Shown here one piece after another: positions 11,291 to 23,441 of a stretch of DNA of 64,000 nt. This DNA comes from Dipteris shenzhenensis. Its lineage: Eukaryota. Location of the stretch: the NCBI GenBank assembly GCA_047967505.1, contig CM106538.1. One strand, 5' to 3'. Within the stretch, counting starts at the first letter, position 1, and each line of letters begins with the position of its first letter. The translations under genes were made by a program, and so were the position numbers. The notes below the pieces were generated by a model. The model saw only the letters and a program-made list of their open reading frames with translations, ran no database searches and was not told where the DNA came from.

Positions 11291-13524
11291 ATAGGCAAGG
11301 TTGGCAAGGGTTTTTGTTTCTCAATACATTCCATTGATGTCACCATTTGGCTCATGGCTTGATGACGACTCCACGTAGTTGACCTGCTGGTTCTTTAATT
11401 TGCAATCTTCTTCCTTGTGTAGCTTCATGCATGATGCTTTGCTCTTCCATGTGCCTTGATGCTTTGTGTGTGGATGCCATGCTTTCTGCTATGGTCATCT
11501 CATGCACTTGTGCTTTTGGCATGCTTATGACAATGATGTGTGCATTCATGCTTTGATTTGTCATTTGTTGCAAAGGTCTTACCAATTGATTTCTTTCAAT
11601 ATTGGTAGTGTATAATTGCATACAATGATTCTGATTTAACAAGCACGTAGAGCTCAAAAAGATGATCACTTTTCCCTTTTGGAGCGTGTCCAAATTCTTC
11701 CTGGATTGGAAGTTACGGCTTGTGGAAGTTTTGATCAAGAAGAGGGCCCTTTGATGATGTGGCACAGGGATTCACATGCTGAATTCCATACTGTGCTTAC
11801 AAAGTGACTGTGCTTGGGTGGCACTATGGTGACCTTTTAACCCAACTTGGTTAACCCATGGTTACACAAATTTTACTATGGTTCAACTAACCCAGGCAGT
11901 TGAACCTAACCATAGTCAAAATTGATCACCTTATCTGCCACGTGTCCTAAGGTAGACCTTAGACAAGAATGAATGGAAAACTTTGAGATCTGCAGACGAC
12001 GTCGACGGAGATGCTTTGTGATAGAGATGCATTGGCGACGGATTGAGGGGCTGCTTTTTTTTTTGCTGCTTTGCCTCTTCTGCTTTTATATAGAGATCTC
12101 GTTGATTTGAAGGCTCGATGGAGATGAAGGTCGGGCATTGGCCAATGACTAGCAACGATGGCAGCTCAGGGCGGTTGCTGGAGCTATGGTGCCATGAAGC
12201 TTGTGGAAGCACTGGCACTCGTTGGAGAAGCTGATATCTATGAGCCAGGGAGCGTGTGTGGAGGCTGGCGTCGAGGTTGGAGCAGTAGGACTTCAGAGTC
12301 TCTTTTGGCCGCAGGCTACTTTCAAGTCTGCAAGCTACTTTCGAGTCCTCATATTTCTATTTCTCCCTTTGATTTGCTCACTGGAGGATTGGCTTGGTGC
12401 TTCTCATGATGGCGAAGCAAGTGGCAGTTCCTTCTCAAGGATTTCTTCTTCGGAATGGCAACTTTGCTGTACTGACTGTCGTAGAGGTAAAGAGCTGCGT
12501 AGAGGCTATTGTAGGTCAAGCCATTGGATAGGAGGATTGAATGGAATATTAAGCCGCTCCTCCCAAAGATAGACGAGCAACAAACAACAAAAAAGAATAG
12601 ACACCTGAGAACCACAATCCCCTTCAACAAGATCTCTTAACAATCTCTCAAGAGAATGAAGAACTCTTTTTTATAAGAAGAAGAACTCTCAAGGGCTCTT
12701 GAAACTCTCTAAAAAGAACGGAATTTTCATTCAATGGACGGAATTCTCTCAATCTAAAAACTAAAACTAACCTAGGAGAAAAACATGAGCTCCTAAGACA
12801 TGCCTACAACTAATCTAGGAATGGGAGCAATCCTAATGAGCTACTAATGAGCTAGACTAGGAGAGCTAAACCTATGCTCTGGGGGTTTCCACTTTCCGAG
12901 CAAAAACCCTCGAGCGACGAGCGGACAAAAGGTAGGAGGGGTCAAAATATATAGGCTCAAGTCATTTTTGGGGAGCAAAAAAATCCAAATTGTTTCAAGG
13001 AATATGTAAGTAAATATGAAATACTAATAAGTAGATATAGATATAAATATACCTTTATATAATATACATATATAATGTCTAAGTGGTGACTTATTTTATC
13101 ACTTTCAAAAATCCTTTCTTTTCCTTTCACCATTGGTTGGATCATGAAATTTTGAGCAAATATCCTCTTTATAGTTCCTTAGGATGACCTAAGAAAATAA
13201 TATAATACTTTTTTAATAGACCCTCTAAGTGTATTTTTCCAGAGGAATATGGTTTGAAGAGCTTGCCCCCCAACCCTATTCCGCCGGTGGAATACCCTTG
13301 GAGAGCCTACGTAGAAGGGGTCATAACTTTTGCTCCTTATCTCAGATTGAGGAGCTGTAAAAAGGAAAAATGTTCAAAATTTCATGATCTATACAATGGT
13401 AGGATTAAAATTATATTTTTCATAGTTATAAAAGATAAAAAGTAAAAATTTCAAGATGTATATGAGAGTTACAACTTCTCCCTAATTCATATTATGGTAG
13501 GAAGGAGTTCAATAGAGACCACAT

Positions 13525-13877
13525 TGTGAAGATTGTGGGAGAGAGGGAAGGAGTCTCACTTGTGGCTTTCTCACATGCACAATGGAGGAATACACACAAA
13601 GGTGGAGGCTGAAAACAGTTTTCCTCTTCTTAGTTGTGAAAGCCAAAAGAACTCAAGTACAAAGAAAATAGAAGAACCCTATATGTGGGTCTCAAACCAA
13701 ACTCAACTAACTAAGGTGGCATACTAACTGAGCCACGAACTAGTGTAGATAAGGATAGCTGTCATCCAGCTATTATTCGTGGGCGGTGTACCAACCGCAT
13801 CTCCAGCTAACAAGTCGGTGACATAAGTACCCAACGGTCACCCTGGCATATCTCGAGTGGAGCTCGATATCTCAACA
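13525..13877 (-). repeat. 3' LTR of Copia A
   Basis: Direct repeat of 18710-19062; abuts the PPT. Confidence 0.96.
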
Positions 13878-13890
13878 CTCCCCCTCGAGC

Positions 13891-16800
13891 TCAATCCCAA
13901 ATCCTGCACACACCAAGCAGGTCTCTGAACTTGCGCAGCTTCTTTGTGCCCAATGCTTTCGTGAATATGTCAGCTACCTGATCCTCTGTGCTGACATAAA
14001 CTAGATCAATAAGACCTAGTAAAACCTTCTCCCGCACATAGTGATAATGCACCTCAATGTGCTTTGTTCTAGCATGAAAGACTGGGTTCTTTGCCAAGTG
14101 TATACTGCTCATGTTGTCACAATAAATGACAACCGGCCCATCTGTAGACTGATGCATATCATAGAGTAGCTTATGCAACCAAGCTACCTCACATGCAGCC
14201 ATTGCTGCACCCCTGTACTCAGCCTCTGTGCTCGACAAGGCAACTGTAGGCTATTTCTTGCTGCTCCAAGTGACTGCAACACTCCCAAAAGAGAACACAT
14301 ATCCACTGGTAGATCGTCTATCAGAAATGCTACCAGCCCAATCAGCATCAGTGTATCCATGCAACTGTATCTGAACCCCAGCCTCATAAAATAGTCCATA
14401 CTGCAATGTGGACTTCACATACCTGAGTATGCGTCTAGCCGCATCCAAATGCGGTTTCCTTGGAGCCTGCATAAACTGACTTACCAACCCAACAGCATAG
14501 CTCAAATCTGGCCTGGTAATAGTCATGTAAATCAAACTTCCTACTATGCATCTGTACATAGTAGGGTCTTCCAGAAGCTCACCTGCATCTGTGCTCAGCT
14601 TCACATTCTGCTCCAAAGGAACTGAAATAGGCTTATAGCCTGTCATCCCATATTTGGATAGCATGTCCAATCCATACTGCCTCGGCAAGAGCTGTATCCC
14701 ACTTGGTGATCTAATCACCTCAATGCCCAAGAAATAACGCAGCTCTCCCAAATCCTTCATCTCAAACTTCTGCTTCAATAGCATTTTCACATGAAGGATA
14801 TCTTCATCACTATCACCTGTGATGATCAAATCATCAACATAAATGACAAGCAGCATAATCCCTTTCTCTGTTTTTCTCACATAGAGTGAGAAATCTGCCT
14901 TGGAAATCTGAAAGCCAATAGTGACAAGATACTGTCCTATCTTGTTAGACCATGCTCTAGGTGCTTGCTTCAAGCCATACAAGGCTTTCTTCAACCTGCA
15001 AACAAACTCAGGATGAATAGCATGAACATAACCTGCTGGCTGCTCCATAAAGACCTCTTCTTGCAAATCACCATGCAAGAAGGCATTCTTTACATCCATC
15101 TGATGTAAAGACCATCCCTTTGATGCAGCCATAGCAATGATTGCTCTTACGGTTGCCATCCTTGCAACCGGGCTGAAAGTTTCTTCATAATCAATGCCAT
15201 ATGTCTGTGCATACCCCTTGACAACTAATCTTGCCTTGTATCTATTCACAGAACCATCTGCATTGTGGTTGATCTTATAAACCCACTTGCAACCAATTGC
15301 ATTCTTGCCTTTAGGCAAAGGCACCAATTCCCATGTAGCATTAGCATCCAAGGCATCCATTTCTTCATCCATGGCTTTCTCCCATTTTTCATTTCCCATG
15401 GCTTGCTCAAAAGAAGTGGGTTCTGGTTCCTGTATCACTTTGACCATATAGGCATAGTGAATGGCTGTAAATCCATCATATTTCAGCCTATCCACAGGAT
15501 ACCTAACCCTGGTAGACCTGCGCAAAATAGGCTCACTTCCTGGTGCTCTCAAAACATCCCTGGTCTTCCTTACTCCAGGTGTAACAACAGAAGGAATACC
15601 CAACTCATCATCAATGCTCTGTTCTGAGCCACTGGATTCACCATCCACACAAGGGTGACCTGCATTCACATCATACATGGGCTGATCTACCTTCTCTTTT
15701 CCTTTTCGTGATACCTGCGTACCACTCTCTGCATTGCTTTGAGGGGATTCTCCTGATCTCAATCTGCCTGTCCATGGCGAAGTATGTGAACCACTAGTAG
15801 AGGACACTCCAGGTCCACTAATATTTTGTGATTGCTGCTGTGTATTCTGTGCAGCATTACCATTTTGTGCATCTACATCAATCATCACATTTACTGGTTT
15901 ATACCAGCTGCTCATCTCATCAAAGACAACATCTCTGCTCACTGTGAACTTATGTGTAGAAGGGTTATAGCATCTATACCCTTTCTGCTGCAGAGAATAA
16001 CCAATAAAGACGCACTTCTCAGCTTTTGGATCCAACTTGGACCTCAGCTCATCTGGCACATGGACATAGGCAATGCAACCAAAAATCTTCAAATGAGAAA
16101 TATCTGGTTTCCTACCAGTATACATCTCCTCTGGCGTCATGCCATGTATTGTTGCAGTGGGTCCTGTTCATTATATAGACTGCTGTAGCAACTGCTTCAG
16201 CCCAATAATAATCTGGTAGATCTTTTTCATTTAGCATAGCCCGAGATACCTCTCCAATATGCTTGTTTTTTCTTTCTGCAATTCCATTTTGCTGTGGGGT
16301 ATGACTGCATGAATATTGCTGCTTTATACCATGCTCCTGCAAGAACCTTGCAAACTCATTTGAGAGGTACTCTCCCCCTCCATTTGACCTTAGGCATTTT
16401 ATTTGCAGGCCTGTTTCTTTTTCAACCATAGCTTTGAAAGCTTTGAAGTGCCCAAACACTTCACTTTTCTTTTTCATAAAATACACCCATAATTTTCTGC
16501 TGAAGTCATCAATAAATGTGACAAAATAGTGACAGCCTCCAATAGATGCAGCTTTTGTAGTCCACACATCAGAGTGGATTAATTCCAATGGCTTTTTACT
16601 CTCTTGAACATGCCTAGGAAAAGGTTTCCTTGCCTGTTTCCCAAATTGACAGGCTTCACAAACCTTGTGCATTTCTGCAACCTTGAATTTAGGCAATCCT
16701 GCAACAATATTTTGGGCTTGCATTGATTTAAGTCACTGTATATTAACGTGACCAATGCGTTTGTGCCAGATATCAATATCTGCAACTACACCGGTCCCAT

Positions 16801-18202
16801 GTGCAAACATTGCTGCACTCAATTCAGGCATGTCTGCATCCAATGTAAACATCCTGCCCTTCTTCTTTCCTTTTGCTATCAAGCGACCATTATTTTTCAT
16901 ATCCTCAACAAAGCATCCATGAGGATTAAATCTGACCTGCAAGCCCTGATCAACCATCTAACCAACAGAAACCAGGTTCTTGGTGATGTTCGGGACATGA
17001 AATACATCAGACAAGTATTTCTTTTTCCCATCCTGCATAGACAAAGGAATTTTGCCAATCTGCACAATAGGATGTGCAGTATCATCACCAGTCTCCACAA
17101 ATCCTGGTTTTTTCATTTTTCTTGCATCTTGCATCCATTTTGCATGACCTGTCATGTGGTTTGACGCACCTGAGTCAACGTACCACACATCATTTTGTTC
17201 TTCTGCACTTGTCACAGAATTGGTCATATGCTGCACCATAAATAGATGCTCATTTCTGTCATCACCCTGCCTGCTAAAAGATGCATAATTGCCTTGCTGC
17301 AATTTTCCACTCATAATGTCATTCTGCTTTTTATAGCAGTCCTTAGCCATATGACCCATTTTGCCACAATAGTAGCATTCAACATTGCTGTTTGCATTTT
17401 GGCTTCTCTGCCATCCACCACGGCCTCTTTGGCTCCCCCTGCCTCTAGAGTTACCACGTCCTCCTGCATAGGACTGGTTTTCTTGCGTTTGCTGCATATT
17501 CTGATTTCTACCACGGCCTGCAGATCGGCCTCCTCTACCTCTGCCTCTACCTCTGCCAGCATTTGAGTAGAAGATAGTTTCTTTTGAAGTTCCTGCTGAA
17601 GAAGATGCACCACCATTTCTCTGCTCTTCAGAGATTAGAAGAGCAATCAGCTCCTCAAAATCAGGAAAGTTTTCACGGACGGCAATGGATGTCCGAAACT
17701 GTGCATAATCCTTTCCTAGACCATTCAAGGTCACAGAAACCAAATCATCATCATCCACTGGTGACCCAATGGAAGCAAGTGCATCTGCAATTTTCTTCAC
17801 TTTCATGTGGTAGTCATTTATGCTCAAATTTTCTCTCTGCACATTGTGCAACTCCTATTTGAGTTGCATTTTCCTGGCTTGCGTATTTGTGCTATACATT
17901 TTTGCCAAAGTATCCCATGCCTCCTTTGGCGTATTTGCATCCTGAATATGCACAATCATGGAGTCCGAAATACTGATAGATAGCTAGTACATAACTTTCC
18001 TGGCTCTCTCATGCCATCCTTTGAATGCCTGCATTTCCTGTTGACTGGGAACATTAGGAAGAACAGGTTCTTCTTCATTTCCTGTAATGAATTCCCAATA
18101 GCCTTTTCCCATCAAGAAATTCGTCATTCTAAACTTCCATGTCTGGAAGTTGTTCTTGTCAAGCTTTTCAGTGACAATCTGTGAAAGAGAATCAGATGCC
18201 AT
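13891..18202 (-). pseudogene. gag-pol: Copia A gag-pol polyprotein (5 in-frame stops, 1 frameshift)
   Basis: CYYCGKMGHMAKDC knuckle, WYVDSGASNHM protease, WHKRIGH/CEAC plus HSDVW and TPQQNGIAERKN integrase, QMDVKNAFLHG and YVDD RT, DADWAG and ADIFTK RNase H. Stops at 17984, 17855, 16958, 16733 and 14251; frameshift near 16140-16160. Confidence 0.96.
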
Positions 18203-18709
18203 TACAGAACACTGCAAAATATTCTGTCACTGCAAAAAACACAGCTTTTGCCTCACACGGGCAGATCTGCAAAACTTACGAAAGTGGTATTTCACCACAC
18301 AGTCACTTCCTAGTGACGATTTTGCATCAACAGGCAACAGGCATGAATCTGCAACTCCCAATATCTCTGCACACAGGCATACGATGCAATTTCTGCGGCA
18401 CCTTTCCACTGACTAGCCGCGCGCAGTGGTCGCACAGCAAAAAACAGGGCCTTTTTCTGAGTGCCTGCGAAGAACTTCCGCCTTCAAAACGGGCACCGAA
18501 ACGGCCTCAAATCAGAAAAAGTGTGCTCTCGCCACACTGCGAAGGGCGTCTCAATCTGAAACAGTGCACTCCTGCACTTCTAGCTGTGCTACCTACAGAG
18601 ATTTGCTCCCAAACTCGAAATAGGAAAGCAACACTTGTCCTCTTACCAAGACACCACGAACTTGGCTTGCTTTCTTGAGCTCCTTACCACGAACAAGGCT
18701 TTGATACCA

Positions 18710-19062
18710 TGTGAAGATTGTGGGAGAGAGGGAAGGAGTCTCACTTGCGGCTTTCTCACATGCACAATGGAGGAATACACACAAAGGTGGAGGCTAAAAA
18801 CAGTTTTCCTCTTCTTAATTGTGAAAGCCAAAAGAACTCAAGTACAAAGAAAATAGAAGAACCCTATATGTGGGTCTCAAACCAAACTCAACTAACTAAG
18901 GTGGCATACTAACTGAGCCACGAACTAGTGTAGATAAGGATAGCTGTCATCCAGCTATTATTCGTGGGCGGTGTACCAACCGCATCTCTAGCTAACAAGT
19001 CGGTGACATAAGTACCCAACGGTCACCCTGGCATATCTCGAGTGGAGCTCGATATCTCAACA
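18710..19062 (-). repeat. 5' LTR of Copia A
   Basis: Adjacent to the iMet PBS; repeat of 13525-13877. Confidence 0.96.
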
Positions 19063-19576
19063 CACATTTCCTTAAAAGTACTTACGTTTGGAGAATTGGG
19101 AATATTTTGAAAATTTGTTCCTTGCCTTCCCATATTTGATAATGTATTAGAGATTAATTTATGATCGATTATAATGGCCTCAAGTATGAGGTTTCCAATA
19201 TCTTTTTCCTACTCATCCAAGGAATGTGGTATACATTGTTATATGTAAGCTTCAAATATGGGATTGCTAAAGATTAGGGAAACTCTTTTAAATTAATTTA
19301 ATTACCATGATCCTCAAAAGAGAGTATGGTAGGGAGGTATTTATAGGAGTTTCTAAAGTGTTCACTATTTGTTCATATATAGATGATGTTCTCTAAAATG
19401 AGGGTTATAATGAAAAATAAGTAAGTATATGGTTCCATAAACGAGAAATTAAGAAAGAATTGTATATTCCTTTGAGAAATATACAAGCATGGTTGGTGTC
19501 AAAAATTATCGCTCGGACTTTTCTGCTCGTAGGTTTTTGCTCGGAAAGTGTGCACATCCGCTATGTTCTGATACCA

Positions 19577-19901
19577 TGGCAAAATATGTGTGCCTCAGGA
19601 TCTATGGAGCACTCTAAGGTGGATGGAACCTATGTGGAAACATGATGAAGAGAGTGCTCATGACATGTACCTCAAGTCAATTAGGTTCCAAGATAGATTA
19701 ACTTGGATTCATAAATAGAATCTTGAGATAGTGCAAAGTGCTTGATTGATATTACTTCAAAAGAACCTCCCTTTTATAGGTGAGGGTACTTACATCCATT
19801 TGCTTGCTCACATGTGGGATATCTCCTCCATGCCATGTGGTAGCTTGCCCTTTACTCATACCTTTGCTCTACATGTGCTCATGGCACCACAACTCTCAAT
19901 A
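19577..19901 (-). repeat. 5' LTR of element B
   Basis: TGGCAAAAT...CTCAATA (terminal CA mutated to TA); adjacent to the PBS. Confidence 0.93.
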
Positions 19902-21029
19902 GGGTTTCCATTCATGGAAAATCCAAGTTGAATCTGCTAATGTTTAAGGGTTTATGGCCATATGAGGTTGAGGATGATGAAAGAGCACAAGAAATTACCC
20001 TTGAAATTATTATGCTTACCATTAAAAAAAGCCTCATCCATCACATTGACGAGCTTGCAATGGCTAAGATTAAATGGGATGAGATGGTGCTACAAGAAAG
20101 AACTAAAAAATGGGATGTAAACAAATGGATGGATGTGGATGTAACCAAGTGGGTGGCTCATACACCACTATGGGGGAACTCTTGGCTCCTAATTAAAGGG
20201 GGCTCAATAGAGTCCTCATATGGACTAAAAAACAAAGTCTCTAATCTTTGTATAAGCCTTGTTTATTATTCTCTCCCTCCCCTTTCAAGTGGTCTCTCTC
20301 TAGCTTTTCATGCTCACCAGGGCTTTGCATTGTCCACTATCATCTATCACAAATTACAATGGATATGAGACTTATATTATGCTATTTGTATAATCTTTCA
20401 TATAAATATCATCACAAGAAATCAAGAAGTAAAAGAAGTTGCACCTATTGAGGAGGTTAGACATATATCATAGAACAAAGCAAACTCTAAAAACCATGAT
20501 ATGGTGTCTTAATGAGCCAAAAAAATTGTTCCTATCCTAATTGATTCTTGGGTGTGGCTAGAGATGATGAACTAGGGATAAAGCATGTACCACAAGTTTG
20601 AACTTATAAAATCTCATGATGCTTGCCCAATCATGGAAGCAACAAGATACAAACTAGTTACCCATGATACAAGGTCATCCAAAATTATGTAGCACTTTAT
20701 ATAGATAATATATCTTGTTAAATATATTTTATGCACGACATTTGTAATCCACTTCGTAGCATTTTGTATCAATATCATTCAGTTTTAAATTGTGTGTTTT
20801 ACACATTTGTTAAACGAGGATACATTATTGGCAATATAATCATTAAGTTTTAGGTACTATGTTTTCTCAATTGTTGTTGTGAAAGACAAACAATTTTGGT
20901 GGAGAGGGATTTTTGAAAAACAACAACGCACTAATGAATCAAAACATACAACTTACAGGCCCTTTGGAACTTTGATACTAAGAAGTTAAAGAATTTTTGT
21001 CCATAGTCGAGGATGCAAGACAACAAATT

Positions 21030-21156
21030 GCGGGGTTAATAAACTTCACGCACCTCTTCACTTGCTACTGCTTTCAAACTGAGTGATAGAGATATTTATA
21101 TCTGGGAAAGGGACATTGAAAAAAAGCTTTTATACCAAGAGACCACACCATACTTT
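21030..21156. repeat. Unclassified dispersed repeat, copy 1
   Basis: AACTTCACGCACCTCTTCACTT...TTTTATACCAAGAGACCACACCATACTT recurs with few changes at ~35808-35931. Confidence 0.8.
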
Positions 21157-21319
21157 CCTCCCTTAGATGAGAATGAAGATGATAACAACCCACAAGTGAT
21201 GTTGTACTCAAGCATAGGGAGAAGGAAAGGATCAGTAGAGGCCATAATCTCACCAAGTCGGTCTGTGCCAAAGAGAAGAGCGATATGTTGTTGAAAGAAG
21301 ATCTTGTAGCTCAACATGA

Positions 21320-22523
21320 CATGAACTAATATATATATAGAAGTTTGAAGGGGCTGATTGGGTCGGATGGTAGGTTCTGGGGAAACATTGCACCTCCTTC
21401 ATAGATACCTTTACAATTAGCTCAAAACACTCTCCATGCTTAGACTTCATCAATGATCCAAGTCCAATAGAGGTCGCCTAGGAGGGAAGGAAGAGCCTCC
21501 TTTGTGGCTTGGGAAATAGATAAACCATGTATGCAGGGCAATGAGCAACCGAATAGACAACACTTCTAAGCACTTTGGAAGAGAGCAATGGAAAAAGGGA
21601 AGAGACACTCAAGAGAGAGAACTTGAAGTGACCTTCATTACCAATAGAGTGAGATTCCACTCCAATGCAACTCAAAATACTACAAACACAAGGGAGAAGA
21701 AGAGGTTTCATATGTACAAGAGGGAGCGAAATCTCCAAGACTACTCATAGAGAGAGAATGAACTAGAGAGCGATGGACTCAAGAGTCTACATAAGAGAAT
21801 ATCTACAAGAGGGAGAGAAGGCTCATGGAAGAGGCTTGAGGAGACTAGAGCTACAGCAACATGAGGCCTAATGGTGGAAGAGATGATGAACAAGGGAGAG
21901 GAGGGCTCCTTTTATAGAGATTTTGTCACCCTCCTTCACCCATTTACAATTGCTGCCTATAGATTCCTTTCCCCATCAATTGCATAAGCCCATATGTCAC
22001 CATCCATGTCCTTTTTGGCTACTCTTGCCATGTGTCCCATCAAAAGATGCTCAAGACTCTTAAAATATTGAGAAAGTCAAGAGTCTCCCCAAATGGAGTC
22101 CATAGGGACCCTCTCTTTCCATATGTCCACATCCTCCTTATTCCACATAGGAATTCTAAAAGGATTTCTCTTGATTCCATAGTCCTCCAAATGCCTTCCA
22201 CACACTTGGCATGTGATCTCTCTTATATTATTGGAACACATGGACATGAGCCCACCTTTTTATATGACTCACTCTTCCTATTTTCTAAAAACCCCATAAT
22301 ATCCCATGCACAAATAATTCTCACCCCATACCAAGGTATCTATCATTCATACACATGGTATTTACAATGATTCATTCCACTCATCCTCTCAATCCCATAC
22401 AATATCTTAGAAAATAGAAATAAGTGAGAGCCGCTAGGCTATCACTTGATACTCAAACTCTTATCAAAGATAGAGAAAAACAATACCAATGCCAAATAAA
22501 AAATATTAATTTTTGGCATCACA
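21320..22523 (-). mobile_element. Probable 3' LTR of a gypsy element (left boundary uncertain)
   Basis: On the minus strand the PPT GGGGGGGGAAAGA (22524-22536) is directly followed by TGTGATGCC. TATA-like CTATAAAAGGAG at ~21905-21917. Confidence 0.6.
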
Positions 22524-22599
22524 TCTTTCCCCCCCCAGTAGATCCTCTCTAGTGAGAGTAGAGTAGGTTTGCTGGTCCTCAAGGTGGTCAAGCATAGAA

Positions 22600-23441
22600 G
22601 AATTTAAGGCGATACTCATTGGTGCATCCGGGTATCACCATGCTATCAACATCATCAAGTTGCTAGGTTCCATTGGTGAACTTCTTCTTGACTCGATATG
22701 GTCCCTCCCATCGGCCGATAAACTTTTTGTCTAGCCGCTTGTCCAAACGGCTATCAAATCTCATGACCAAATCTCCTTTTGCAATATCTTTCTTCTTGGG
22801 CAATTTGGTGTTAAAACGGGCCTTGCGCCTTTTTTGAGAAGCTTCCAAGTTTTGCGAGGGCTGTAATCTGCATTCATCCAAGGCTTTAGCTGTACCAAGC
22901 ATTGAGCATATGCATCCTCCTGTCCTTCTATTCTTGCAACAACAGTGCGAAGACTATGTATCTCCAATTCAATGGGCAAAATGGCTTCTATTCCATACAC
23001 TAGTTGGAATGGTGTAAACCTAATAGCTAGCTTGTGTGTGGCTCTATAAGCCCATAAAACTTCTGCCAAGTCCTATCCCAATGCCTTTTCTTGGTGTCTA
23101 ACAAGCTTTCCCATTGAATTAGACAATAATCCATTTGTTTTCTCAGCCAAGCCATTACATTAGGAATAGTATGGCGTGGACATGCTATGATTTATCTTTA
23201 GCCTATGCACCACATCTTCAATTAGCTCATTTTTAAAAGAGGTTCCTCCATCAGTGAGAATTTCCAAAGGACAACCAAAGCATGAACAAATTTGATCAAA
23301 GAGAAATTTTGCAATTGTGCTTGCCTTGCTATTGAGTGTGGCCTTGGCCTCTGCCCACTGAGTCGCATAATCTATGGCCAATGTGTGATAGATGATGTTT
23401 TCTTTTGATCTTCCTCCCGAAAACGAATTTAATACACACAA
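22600..23441 (-). pseudogene. pol: Ty3/gypsy integrase remnant
   Basis: AIDYATQWAEAKA, ILTDGGTSF, STPYY, VLWAYRAT..TPFQLVYGIEAILPIELE and WEGPYRV (GPY/F motif), spread over several frames. Confidence 0.9.

Larger units (their letters stand above)
13525..19062 (-). mobile_element. Element A: full-length Ty1/copia LTR retrotransposon (decayed)
   Basis: 353-bp TG...CA LTRs at 13525-13877 and 18710-19062 with 4 transitions. TSD CACAT at 13520-13524 and 19063-19067. PBS TGGTATCAAAGC (18698-18709). PPT GAGGGGGAG (13878-13886). Domain order gag-PR-IN-RT-RH. Confidence 0.97.
12882..19561. mobile_element. Non-autonomous TIR DNA transposon (Mutator-like), ~1.1 kb without the nested Copia
   Basis: Inverted repeat core CACTTTCCGAGCAAAAACC (12890-12908) / GGTTTTTGCTCGGAAAGTG (19532-19550). 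Flanked by duplicated (C)TATGCTCTG / (C)TATGTTCTG (9-10 bp). AT-rich interior with no ORF. Confidence 0.75.
10784..19901 (-). mobile_element. Element B: non-autonomous (TRIM/LARD-like) LTR element, ~2.4 kb without nested inserts
   Basis: 325-bp LTRs at 10784-11108 and 19577-19901 (about 9 differences). TSD GGGTT at 10779-10783 and 19902-19906. tRNA-iMet PBS (plus-strand gttctgatacca, 19565-19576). PPT complement CCTCCCCTT at 11109. No gag/pol ORF in its own internal region. Confidence 0.92.
10738..20090 (+). pseudogene. gag: Old Copia gag N-terminus, split by element B
   Basis: Removing 10784-19906 rejoins ATG GCC AAT... into MANEICSREKFNGEGFHSWKIQVES, then (frameshift) LLMFKGLW...IIMLTIKKSLIHHIDELAMAKIKWD. 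This is the Copia gag KFNGxNFxxWK motif. Confidence 0.75.

Noticed and set aside
12890-19550. CACTA element (ends CACTT...AAGTG)
   Set aside because: No 3-bp TSD at those ends (TTC vs TGC), whereas a 9-10-bp duplication lies slightly further out.
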